DNA from: a virus
Taxonomy: Duplodnaviria > Caudoviricetes
DNA: 64,000 nucleotides
Virus record (IMG/VR): IMGVR_UViG_3300006115_000008
Coordinates: 32,001-96,000 of that record
Direction: 5' to 3' (one strand)
Positions within the stretch are counted from its first letter, which is position 1. Each line of letters opens with the position of its first letter. Made by a program: the position numbers and the translations under genes. Below the pieces are notes generated by a model, which had not been told where the DNA came from, did not search any database, and worked only from the letters and a program-made list of their open reading frames with translations. This document shows positions 26,643 to 36,099 of the stretch, piece after piece.

Positions 26643-27335
26643 ATGAAAAATCTAATTGTTATTGGTGATAGTTGGCCCGCAGGAAACGAACTTGAAAATC
26701 CACACAAAGACGCTTTTCCAGTTAAAATTAAAGAAGAATTGGGTTTTGATAATGTAATAAATCTTGCTGAAGGGGGTTCAAGTTTACAACATTATTTTTT
26801 ACAAATAAAAAAGTTTTACACAGTTAAAAAATTATATCCCCATCATTCCAAATATGAATTATTGGTTTGTATGACCAGTTGTGTTAGAGATTTATATTTT
26901 GATGAAGCAGGTCAACCAAATGAAATTATTCCCACAGATCGTTCTAAAATAGAATTTTATGCAAAAATGTTTAACTATCCCGAAACAGCAAAATTATTTT
27001 GGTATAGAACAGTGTTTATGATGCAAAATTGGGCAAGGCAAAATGGCATAAAAGATCATTTTGTACAAATGTTTGAAACCCCACCTATGGATGCTGATTA
27101 CAACGCAATAATAGATTTTAAGTCTGTTTATGCGGGTGCTAGAACTAATATGGCAGCAATTTTGTCAGAAAAAGCCGGCGATGTGTATGATGAAAGTTTT
27201 AAATTACATCATGGTGCTAGAATACCTCACGGGTCAACCACATATCAAAAATATTTTGCCCCTAGTCATTTTCATCCAAATATACTAGGGCATCAAGAAA
27301 TTGCAAATGAAATAATAAAATTTATGCACAGATGA
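26643..27335 (+). CDS. SGNH/GDSL hydrolase-like protein
   Basis: 'IGDSWPAG', 'INLAEGGSS', 'HPNILGHQEIA'; ATG 26643 preferred. Confidence 0.7.
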   Translation: MKNLIVIGDSWPAGNELENPHKDAFPVKIKEELGFDNVINLAEGGSSLQHYFLQIKKFYTVKKLYPHHSKYELLVCMTSCVRDLYFDEAGQPNEIIPTDRSKIEFYAKMFNYPETAKLFWYRTVFMMQNWARQNGIKDHFVQMFETPPMDADYNAIIDFKSVYAGARTNMAAILSEKAGDVYDESFKLHHGARIPHGSTTYQKYFAPSHFHPNILGHQEIANEIIKFMHR

Positions 27336-28027
27336 AAAAATTATTAGTAACATTTGGTGATAGTTGGACATATGGGTCAGAATTAGATAAACCATCAGAA
27401 CAAAATTGGACTTCAACTGTTGGTAAATATCTACTAGCAGAAACTTTAAATTTGGGATGTCCTGCAAGTAGTATAGGACATTTAGCAGTACAACTTTTTC
27501 AATATGTAGATCAAGTTGAAAAATATAAAGAATATAAAAAAATTTTCATGATTGGTCTTACTGGTACAACACGTCATCTGTCTTACAGTAATACGTTGAA
27601 AGAGTTTATAAACATAACACCCGAAGCAAATTATAGAACAAACAATATACACACATCTGGTAGACCACCCGAAATAGTTAAAGAACTTGATAAACTATCA
27701 ATTGAAATGTATAAGGTAGTTGAATGTGTTGAGTATAACAAATACATTTTGAAACAAACTATGATGTTGTTTCAAAATTATTGTGAAATAAATTCTATAG
27801 ACACAATATTTTTTAGCTATTTTGACTATTTGCCCATGAATGATTTTAAAATTAATTATTATCCAGAATCATTGACTAAAACTCTTACTGGAAATGAATA
27901 TACATTGCCTGACATACGAGAAAATCAGTATTTTTCTGGCAAATTATTCCATCCCAATGAACTCGGGCATATCAAAATAGCAGAATTATTACATGAGTTT
28001 TACACCAAAGTTTATCCGGGGAATTGA
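27332..28027 (+). CDS. SGNH/GDSL hydrolase-like protein
   Basis: 'FGDSWTYG', 'NLGCPASS', 'HPNELGHIKIA'. Confidence 0.72.
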   Translation: MKKLLVTFGDSWTYGSELDKPSEQNWTSTVGKYLLAETLNLGCPASSIGHLAVQLFQYVDQVEKYKEYKKIFMIGLTGTTRHLSYSNTLKEFINITPEANYRTNNIHTSGRPPEIVKELDKLSIEMYKVVECVEYNKYILKQTMMLFQNYCEINSIDTIFFSYFDYLPMNDFKINYYPESLTKTLTGNEYTLPDIRENQYFSGKLFHPNELGHIKIAELLHEFYTKVYPGN

Positions 28028-28982
28028 AGGCGATGATATTCCCTATCATTTGAGTTTACTGGGCTATGATGTAAACGCCATTCCTGACAGATATTATTTC
28101 TTCCCCTTAAACGATCACTACAACACACACGGCTCAGATTGGTTTAAAGAACAAACACAAATAGCAAGAGCACACGAGGTTGTGGTATTTTACGACCTTG
28201 TCAATATAGGCGACCAAGAGTTTAAAAACTTTTACTCTACAGTTAAAAATTTTGAACATCCTAGAAAAGTTTGGCTAACAGTAAATCAAAGCAAAGATAT
28301 ATTGCCAATTCTAGATACTACTATTGTACAATGGGATTTTATGTGGAACAGAATCAAGGCCTACTATACAGAAACAGTACCAGATAATCTAACACTACAT
28401 CATTTTAATCGAGGCAGTTATCAATTATTTGATTTGGATTTTACTACAAAAAGAAGTCGAAAATTTTTATCATTACTAGGCAGAGAATATGGTATCCGTA
28501 AAGACTTATACGAAGAAGTCAAAGACTACAATGGATATGTTAGCAACAGAGCCAGGAATATATTTTTAGAAGGTGAGGCAGTTGTTGGTGCGTACACCCC
28601 AGTGCCAAAGCACTTTTACCAAGATAGTTATTTTAGCATATATGTTGAAAGCAATTACTACCAACAGTCACTAATTCACCTAACAGAAAAAACATTTGAG
28701 CCACTACTCAAAGGACATTTTATATTGCCCTATACAAATTCCAATGCTTTGAACAGACTAGAAGATATGGGATTTCAGTTCCCCAGTGATATTAATTATG
28801 CTTTTACTCAAGACCTTGCGTTACAGAATAGATTTATATATCTAATAGAAGAATTTCAAAAATTATTATCAGTCAATCTAGGCGATATGTATTATCATTA
28901 CCGAGACTTGCTACAACACAATCAAAATTGTTTGTATGAAATACCTTATGATCGTAGAATACTTGAGGTGTTTGATGTATAA
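27993..28982 (+). CDS. Glycosyltransferase-like protein (GT10-like motif)
   Basis: 'YFSIYVES...HLTEKTFEPLLKGHF...LEDMGFQF'; paralogue of the 8797/9323 pair. Confidence 0.5.
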   Translation: MSFTPKFIRGIEGDDIPYHLSLLGYDVNAIPDRYYFFPLNDHYNTHGSDWFKEQTQIARAHEVVVFYDLVNIGDQEFKNFYSTVKNFEHPRKVWLTVNQSKDILPILDTTIVQWDFMWNRIKAYYTETVPDNLTLHHFNRGSYQLFDLDFTTKRSRKFLSLLGREYGIRKDLYEEVKDYNGYVSNRARNIFLEGEAVVGAYTPVPKHFYQDSYFSIYVESNYYQQSLIHLTEKTFEPLLKGHFILPYTNSNALNRLEDMGFQFPSDINYAFTQDLALQNRFIYLIEEFQKLLSVNLGDMYYHYRDLLQHNQNCLYEIPYDRRILEVFDV

Positions 28983-29844
28983 ATTTTATAACACTTTGAG
29001 CTTTGAGCAATCAATCGACCATAGGCACACAGATTGGAGTGTAGACGATCCTTATAGTTATAGATGCTGGTATGAAGAAGATATACAAGGCCGTGACGGT
29101 TTACTAATACAAGTTGGAGATTCTTGGACTTGGGGAGATCATTTGGGACGAATAGATTGGAATAAAGCCAGTAACGATCCTGTGCGTATGGAACAAATAG
29201 TAGGACGACAATTGAGTAACCTAATGAATGCAGATTGGGTCAACCTAGCAAGACCAGGATGTAGCAATTATTGGATGCTAGAACAACTATTAGACATAGA
29301 GCATTTGTTAGCGACTCGAGACAATATTACCGTTGTAATAACTCTAACAGAAGATTTACGGGAAGCAACTCATACTCGTCGCATAAATGTAAATGATGCT
29401 TACGCAGAATTTTGGCAAAGATCAACTAGTATACAGGATTTTTTAACGCAGGTGGAAACCTATTTGTACAACAACCTCGAAGCGTATATAACACGTAACC
29501 CAAACGTAAAATTTATAGTAAGCAGAGCGTTCACAGACTCGTGGACGCACCGTCCTTGGTTATTAGATAAAACTTGGTGCGATGTAATACAAGATGCTAT
29601 TGCGTTTGACAATTATCAAAAACCAGTTCCTTTTATAGGACAAATGAGCATTGACCCACTTGCCAATAAGTTTATTTCTACCAAGCCCGAACGCAAATCA
29701 GAATTCTTAGACATAATGGAACGTGTAGGTACACGTTGGAATTTTCTTGGGGCAAGTGAGTATAATCTAAAAGGCAGTACATACCATCCTAATCCTGCAG
29801 GGCACAAACTATGGGCCGAGTATCTTTTCTCTAAGTTAGCATAA
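28975..29844 (+). CDS. SGNH/GDSL hydrolase-like protein
   Basis: 'VGDSWTWG', 'NLARPGCSN', 'HPNPAGHKLWA'; ATG 28975 has SD GAGGTG. Confidence 0.7.
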   Translation: MYKFYNTLSFEQSIDHRHTDWSVDDPYSYRCWYEEDIQGRDGLLIQVGDSWTWGDHLGRIDWNKASNDPVRMEQIVGRQLSNLMNADWVNLARPGCSNYWMLEQLLDIEHLLATRDNITVVITLTEDLREATHTRRINVNDAYAEFWQRSTSIQDFLTQVETYLYNNLEAYITRNPNVKFIVSRAFTDSWTHRPWLLDKTWCDVIQDAIAFDNYQKPVPFIGQMSIDPLANKFISTKPERKSEFLDIMERVGTRWNFLGASEYNLKGSTYHPNPAGHKLWAEYLFSKLA

Positions 29845-29918
29845 ATACTAAGTTCACAAGAACTCTCGGAGCACCAACTTCGGGTAGCCTAGAACGCTAT
29901 TTTTAAGGAGAAAATAAA

Positions 29919-30623
29919 ATGGCAAAATTAAAAATCACAAACACAAGCACTGACGGTATCGTACATGACCGTTATACAGGACCCGAATACACCAATGGTG
30001 CATACATTGGCGGTACAGGTGGTAACACTAGCCAAGCAGGTCGTCAAATTAGTCCAACAGTTAAAGTTGGATCAAATGCTGCTGGCGCGGGCTCAATTAT
30101 GTTGCAAAAAGGCATACACAGATTTGAAGTAAACGATGGCACAAACGTTGGAAGATGTACACTAGTTAACCTAGCAACTCCTACGGTTAATAACACAATG
30201 AGTATTGCAGTTACATTAAACGTAATTACTTCTGCAAACGTTATTGCTGCTAACGTAGTTGGTAATGCTACTAGCACCTATGTTACATACGCAACTGCAA
30301 ACGTAGTTGGTCCAGCTACAATTGGCGTGAATAGCGTATTACTAGGATTAGGCGGAAATACTGCTGGTTTAGTTACTGCGGTTAACCCAACAGTTGCTGG
30401 TTTAGCCAACGTTACAATTGCAACAACAGGAAACGTAGCAGCTCAAACAGTGGCTTTTGCTAATAATACTGTTTACGCAAGTCGTATTACCAATCGTTAT
30501 GTTTACGATTTTGGTAGCGATGGCTACTTGAGCTCAAACATCACCGGTGGATACAACCCAAACAAATATCGTTATCACTTGGCTACACCGGATAACACAT
30601 TCGTAATGGTTTCTTACGCTTAA
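29919..30623 (+). CDS. Virion structural protein (Thr/Asn/Val-rich)
   Basis: Late promoter at 29842, strong SD AAGGAG, own terminator; beta-rich composition. Confidence 0.55.
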   Translation: MAKLKITNTSTDGIVHDRYTGPEYTNGAYIGGTGGNTSQAGRQISPTVKVGSNAAGAGSIMLQKGIHRFEVNDGTNVGRCTLVNLATPTVNNTMSIAVTLNVITSANVIAANVVGNATSTYVTYATANVVGPATIGVNSVLLGLGGNTAGLVTAVNPTVAGLANVTIATTGNVAAQTVAFANNTVYASRITNRYVYDFGSDGYLSSNITGGYNPNKYRYHLATPDNTFVMVSYA

Positions 30624-30657
30624 AACAATCAGCTATAAGTGAGTATAGCATAAACTT

Positions 30658-30684
30658 AAAACGGCCTCCGGGCCGTTTTATTTT
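30658..30684 (+). terminator. Rho-independent terminator
   Basis: AAAACGGCC-TCCG-GGCCGTTTTATTTT. Confidence 0.8.
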
Positions 30685-30737
30685 GGCAATTCAATATCTT
30701 TTGCTCAGCTAAATATACAATAAACAAGGTTTTCGCG

Positions 30738-31298
30738 ATGAGTACCACAAAAAGAATTTCTGGAAGCTATACACTCCAAACTATCAATCCTGGGGATCAA
30801 ATCAATATTGATGCCTCTCAAGTATACATCAATGGTAACTTAATTGTAACTGGAAATAGTCAAAGCATTGTTAGTACTGATAGTGCAATTACAGATCACA
30901 CTATTACATTGAATAATGGGGTTACTACCCCAAATCCACTTGGTGCAAATATTATTGTTGCTCGAAGTGCATCTGGTAGCCCAGCCAACGTATTCATTAG
31001 TTGGAACGAATCAATTAAATCTTGGCAACTCTACAACGGAACTGCAATTTCGAATATAGCAACCGCAATTAGTTCGGGAATAACAAGCCTAAGTCAAGAT
31101 ACAAATCCAGTACTAGGCGGAAACTTAAACATAACTGGACATACACTATATACAAACGTATCCAGTGGAAACGTACAAATTTCAGCCAATACTGCTGGTA
31201 GCGGTGGCTCTGGCGTTTATGTAACAAACACTCAAACTACTAACGCAGAATTAGTAACAAAGTCTAAGGCGGTGGCCTATAGCATAGTATTTGGATAG
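30738..31298 (+). CDS. Tail fibre/appendage-associated structural protein
   Basis: 'INGNLIVTGN...ITDHTITLN', 'WNESIKSW', 'DTNPVLGGNL' fibre-like motifs; TAAATA at 30710. Confidence 0.55.
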   Translation: MSTTKRISGSYTLQTINPGDQINIDASQVYINGNLIVTGNSQSIVSTDSAITDHTITLNNGVTTPNPLGANIIVARSASGSPANVFISWNESIKSWQLYNGTAISNIATAISSGITSLSQDTNPVLGGNLNITGHTLYTNVSSGNVQISANTAGSGGSGVYVTNTQTTNAELVTKSKAVAYSIVFG

Positions 31299-31306
31299 GA
31301 ATAAAA

Positions 31307-31627
31307 ATGGCAATACAGAATACAATCTTAACAACGACAGCGGCAAATATATTTGTCAATCAAAGCAGCACAGGAACAAGTGCAATTACAACAATTCACT
31401 TATGCAATTATAGTCCTAATACAGAATTAGTAAACATATATGCAGTACCAATTGGATCTTCTGCTGGTGCAAATACAATTATCTATTCAAATGTTACGCT
31501 AACCGCTTATCAAACTTTAATCGTCTACCAAGAAAAATTTATTTTAGGTAGCATTGGTGATGCCATTATGGCAAATGCAAATACAGCAAACTCAGTAACT
31601 GCAACAGTAAGCTCAATAGGAATTTAA
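31307..31627 (+). CDS. Small virion structural protein
   Basis: 106 aa, beta-rich, within the fibre operon; SD AGGA. Confidence 0.55.
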   Translation: MAIQNTILTTTAANIFVNQSSTGTSAITTIHLCNYSPNTELVNIYAVPIGSSAGANTIIYSNVTLTAYQTLIVYQEKFILGSIGDAIMANANTANSVTATVSSIGI

Positions 31628-31629
31628 TA

Positions 31630-32064
31630 ATGGCAAGATTTTTAAAAAATCCAAGACCCACAGACAACGCCACGTTTGCTATGCAACTGCCTATTGTTCC
31701 TAGCAGCGCATACGGTGACGCTCCTACTAGCGGACTATTAAGATTCAATCAAGCAACAAGTCGAATTGAATTCTATTACAACGGTGCCTGGAGTCAAGTT
31801 GCCAAAATTGGTAGTGTACAGTTAGTAACTGATAGCTTTACTGGTGATGGCGCAACAACCACATTTACAATGAGTCAAGCAGAAAGTGACCCAACTGCAA
31901 TTGCAGTTTTTATTGGTGGCGTTTATCAAATTCCTACAACACACTACTCAGTAAACGGATCAACAATCATTACATTCCAAGCTCCTCCTCCGCAATATAC
32001 AGGCAGTAGCCCAACTACAATTATTGTAATACATAATATAAACAGCACTAACGTAGCTGCCTAG
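31630..32064 (+). CDS. Virion structural protein with fibre-associated beta domain
   Basis: 'GLLRFNQATSRIEFYYNGAW' plus 'DSFTGDGATTTFT...VFIGGVYQIP' module shared with downstream fibre genes. Confidence 0.6.
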   Translation: MARFLKNPRPTDNATFAMQLPIVPSSAYGDAPTSGLLRFNQATSRIEFYYNGAWSQVAKIGSVQLVTDSFTGDGATTTFTMSQAESDPTAIAVFIGGVYQIPTTHYSVNGSTIITFQAPPPQYTGSSPTTIIVIHNINSTNVAA

Positions 32065-32072
32065 GACCGGGC

Positions 32073-33413
32073 ATGGCAATAGGAAAAATCAGTGGAACAA
32101 TGTTACAGGCAAACTTGGAACGCCAAGGTACCAACATCTCTATTGACGCTACTGCCTTCTTTGACGTAAACAATCATAGATTTGGTGTTAACAATTCTAA
32201 TCCGCAATATACATTAGACATAACTGGCAACGCTCACTTAGGCAACATTTATGTATTGGGCAATGCAATCACAACTGATCCCGGACTCAAACTAAATCTT
32301 GGAAATATTAGCAATATTAATATCGCCGGCGGATCTGCCAACTATGTCATTTATACAGATGGAGCCGGCAATTTAACATTTGGCAACTTGGATGTATTGT
32401 CTGGCGTAGAAGGATTCACGGCCAACTACATTACTCTTGGCAGCAACACGCAAGGTGCGCTATCTAGCAATGCAGTAACACTAACATCAAATAGTACAGT
32501 AACAGACAGTATTGCGCTGATTAATCAAATTCTTGGAAATATCACAAACAACACTGGTTCAGTAATACATGTGTCGGGCAACGTTACTGCCAACGGCACA
32601 TTTTATGGAAATTTAATTGGAAACGTAACCGCTACGGGAAACGTAACCGCTGGTAATGTAATAACCACCGGAACGTATTATGGAAACGTAGCAGCAGATA
32701 CAATTACCCCCTATCAAACTTCAGTGACGATTTTTAAGAGCACATCGGCCATTGGACTTCCTGCAGGATCAAGCATACAGTATCCAACAAGCAATATCGC
32801 TGGCTATTTAAGATATAATAATTCTATTTCTACACTAGAATTTTATAACGGAACTGCTTGGATTGCGCTTACTAACACCATTGGCGATCAAATAATTACT
32901 CCCGATGGAGTAAATCAATCATTTACATTGTCTCAAAGCTCCACTTCTAATGGGGTACTGGTTAGTATCAATGGTACTATTCAACGTCCAGGGACTGCTT
33001 ATACGGTTTCAGGCACAACAATTACATTTTCTGAAGTTCCGCTAATAACTGATATCATTGACGTAAGATATATTGCAACTGCAACCTCGGTGAGTTTGGA
33101 CTTTGAAGTTGTTGATACTGGAAATGTTCAAATTGGAACCACAACTGCAATCATTGATAGTTTTTCATCTAGTCAATATCGTAGTGCAACATATACGATT
33201 TCTAGTTCTACATCAACCGATGCACAATTTTCTCAAATAATGCTAGTACAAAATGGCGGAACTGTGATAGTAAATACTATAGGTAATGTGCGAACTGCAT
33301 CAAATACTGTTACATACTCGGCAAATATTAACGGTAGCACGGTAAACTTATTAGCCATCAGCTCAACTGCCACAACTCAATTACGAATTCAGCGCACTTA
33401 CTTTAACGTTTAA
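32073..33413 (+). CDS. Tail fibre-like structural protein
   Basis: GNVT repeats, 'GYLRYNNSISTLEFYNGTAW', shared C-terminal 'IDSF...YRSATY' domain. Confidence 0.65.
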   Translation: MAIGKISGTMLQANLERQGTNISIDATAFFDVNNHRFGVNNSNPQYTLDITGNAHLGNIYVLGNAITTDPGLKLNLGNISNINIAGGSANYVIYTDGAGNLTFGNLDVLSGVEGFTANYITLGSNTQGALSSNAVTLTSNSTVTDSIALINQILGNITNNTGSVIHVSGNVTANGTFYGNLIGNVTATGNVTAGNVITTGTYYGNVAADTITPYQTSVTIFKSTSAIGLPAGSSIQYPTSNIAGYLRYNNSISTLEFYNGTAWIALTNTIGDQIITPDGVNQSFTLSQSSTSNGVLVSINGTIQRPGTAYTVSGTTITFSEVPLITDIIDVRYIATATSVSLDFEVVDTGNVQIGTTTAIIDSFSSSQYRSATYTISSSTSTDAQFSQIMLVQNGGTVIVNTIGNVRTASNTVTYSANINGSTVNLLAISSTATTQLRIQRTYFNV

Positions 33414-33521
33414 TCAATTACACATTCGTAATTTCAAAATCTTGAAATAGTCAACTACTCAAGAGGTGTTTATCTACGGCTAAACTAAATACTGTATAGG
33501 TAAATTAAGGATAATCCAAAA

Positions 33522-36080
33522 ATGGCCGTAACCCGCATACAAAATAATCAGATCACTGATAGTACAATTAACGCTCAGTATAAAGTTTCAGCAGGTACCG
33601 TTACTGGTAACTTATTTGCCACAAACTTAACGCTAAACAGTAATATTACTATTCTTGGTAATCTAACAGTCTCAAATAGTTACTCTCAGCTTAACTCAAT
33701 TAACACATATATTAACGATCCGTTAGTTGTTTTTAACAACGGATATACTGGCTCGCCAACGTATGACATTGGTATGCTAATGAATCGTAACTTACAACCA
33801 GTTACTGGTTATAATAGTGCCAGCGTAAACGTTGCTTGGATTTGGGAAGAATCAAGCAACCAATTCCAGGGTATTTTAACAACAGAAACTGGTACAACTG
33901 CTGGTGTTATTAACAATTCGGGATATGCAAACTTGCGTATTGGTAACGTAGCTGCTCAAAGCCAGACGATATCAAACAGTTTAACAGTCTCTGGACCAAC
34001 TACATTAACAACTGCAACTGCTGGCGGAATTCAAGCCGCAGCAATTGGTAACGTAACTCCAGGCACTGGTGCATTTAATACGCTAACTGCTACTAGTTTC
34101 CAAGGTATTATTGGTAACGCAACTCCAAATACTGGTAACTTTACAACTATTACCACTGGCGGTTTGCAATCAGTTGCAATTGGTAACGTAACTCCAGGAA
34201 GTGCAGTATTCACAACAGTTAACACAACAGCCAACATTGTTGCTAACTCTGCAATAGGTAGCTTAACAATTTATGGTAATGCAATTAGTAGCAATACTGG
34301 TAAAATTGGACTTGGTAGTATCAGCAACGTACAAGTTACTGGCGGTACTAGTGGACAATATGTAACAACTGACGGAGCTGGCAATTTAAGTTTTGCAACA
34401 ATATCAATTGTTGGTAACACTATACCTCTTGGTGCTAACGCTAGTGGACAATTGGTATCAAATGCAGTGACATTAACAACATCAACATACGTAACAGATG
34501 CAGTGGCACAGTTAAACGCTATTCTTGGCAAGCTAACCCCAGCAAGCCCGCCAAACTTCCCGGCAACTTCTCTAACTCAAACTACTGGCACTATCTCAGG
34601 ATTGATGACTGCGTTTACACAAACGGACAATAGTGGATGGGGTAACCTAAGTGTTGCTGGCGGAACCTCAGTGAACGCAACAAGAAGTGCGGTGTTTGCT
34701 ACTAGCACAGTAACTAATTCGGGAACCACTACAACTGGTGGTAATATTCAGCTGGCCATTAATGGTACAGTTTGGCCAAGTAATTATCACGCATTGACTG
34801 CAAGCCCGTCAAGTGCAGACAACGGCACATATGGTAACTTGGTTGTGTCGGGTGTACAAGATTATCACAATATTGTGAGCACAGTGGCAGCTGGATTCTG
34901 GTACGTATTTTCAGCGTCAGTGGCAGCAACCAGCATACCGGCTGGATGGAATAGACTAAACATAACCTACACTGGCGATGCAGCCTCAACTGGTTACCTA
35001 ACTTGGTATTATGACGCAAGCTCACCAACTGCACCAGCATTTAGCGGAACAAGTATTGCATTGAGCAGTAACGTGGTCACTTATTCAAGCACTATTCCGC
35101 ATTTAAACTCCAGCGCTGGCTTTACAATAAATGGCACAGTACAAAACTTAAGTGGTGACTTGTACTATGCAGCTTGGACCAGCACTTCTGCTAACTTCTT
35201 CTCAAGTCTTGGCGCAGGTGGAGCATTACTAGCACCGGCCAATAGAACACTGACTCAAGTGGGAATACCATTACCATTAACACGTAGCAATACTACTGCT
35301 TACACGTTCTCGACAACATCAAATGTCACGACCGGCTTTGGTAGTGCTGCTTCAACACTTGGACCAACACTAAGTGTTTCAACTCCATATGCAACCACTG
35401 GTAGTGGACAATTTGCACCAGGTAGTATTATATTGTACAAAACAGGTACAAGCACACAAATTGAAGAAACAAGTTTAACAAGCTCGTTCGGAACTGCTGC
35501 TCGTATTACCAATCCAGATGGTGGTACTGCTGCAGACAATCCCACATACACTGGAACTGAGACAACATTTAATAGTCAAACAAGTCCATTGTTAATAACA
35601 GACGCAACAGTTGTTGCTGCAAAATTACAGTACGATGTAACAAATTACAGTACTGGATATTATCCAGTAGGACCCAATTTGAGTTCTGGACGTGCCGCAA
35701 GTCAGTACTTTACGTTTAAGTTTAACTATGCCGCACTGAGCAGTTTCTATATACACTATACAGGAACATTGGCTGGATTGTGGATTGCATTACCCGGAGT
35801 CACTGACCCAACTTATGCAAGCCCCACTAACGGATGGCTAAATGCGGCGGCGGCCTATGCTGGTTCTGGTGTTCCAGGTACTGGTACAGGTGGCAACGGA
35901 AGCAATGGATGTGCAGTTGGCGGAAACGCAACACTAAACTCCAATGGTACATATAGTGTGAACGTTACATTTGGATCAGTTAACACATCAACCACAGGTA
36001 ATAAGAGTAACGAGGTTTACGTTAGAGTTAAGTTGACAAGTGGTCAATCGCTAACAGCATTATACGTTGCAACATCATAA
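33522..36080 (+). CDS. Large tail fibre/virion structural protein
   Basis: 852 aa, Thr/Ser/Gly/Asn-rich; 'IGNVTPG' repeats; TAAATA at 33486. Confidence 0.65.
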   Translation: MAVTRIQNNQITDSTINAQYKVSAGTVTGNLFATNLTLNSNITILGNLTVSNSYSQLNSINTYINDPLVVFNNGYTGSPTYDIGMLMNRNLQPVTGYNSASVNVAWIWEESSNQFQGILTTETGTTAGVINNSGYANLRIGNVAAQSQTISNSLTVSGPTTLTTATAGGIQAAAIGNVTPGTGAFNTLTATSFQGIIGNATPNTGNFTTITTGGLQSVAIGNVTPGSAVFTTVNTTANIVANSAIGSLTIYGNAISSNTGKIGLGSISNVQVTGGTSGQYVTTDGAGNLSFATISIVGNTIPLGANASGQLVSNAVTLTTSTYVTDAVAQLNAILGKLTPASPPNFPATSLTQTTGTISGLMTAFTQTDNSGWGNLSVAGGTSVNATRSAVFATSTVTNSGTTTTGGNIQLAINGTVWPSNYHALTASPSSADNGTYGNLVVSGVQDYHNIVSTVAAGFWYVFSASVAATSIPAGWNRLNITYTGDAASTGYLTWYYDASSPTAPAFSGTSIALSSNVVTYSSTIPHLNSSAGFTINGTVQNLSGDLYYAAWTSTSANFFSSLGAGGALLAPANRTLTQVGIPLPLTRSNTTAYTFSTTSNVTTGFGSAASTLGPTLSVSTPYATTGSGQFAPGSIILYKTGTSTQIEETSLTSSFGTAARITNPDGGTAADNPTYTGTETTFNSQTSPLLITDATVVAAKLQYDVTNYSTGYYPVGPNLSSGRAASQYFTFKFNYAALSSFYIHYTGTLAGLWIALPGVTDPTYASPTNGWLNAAAAYAGSGVPGTGTGGNGSNGCAVGGNATLNSNGTYSVNVTFGSVNTSTTGNKSNEVYVRVKLTSGQSLTALYVATS

Positions 36081-36099
36081 TAAGAGAGAACTATAAAAA

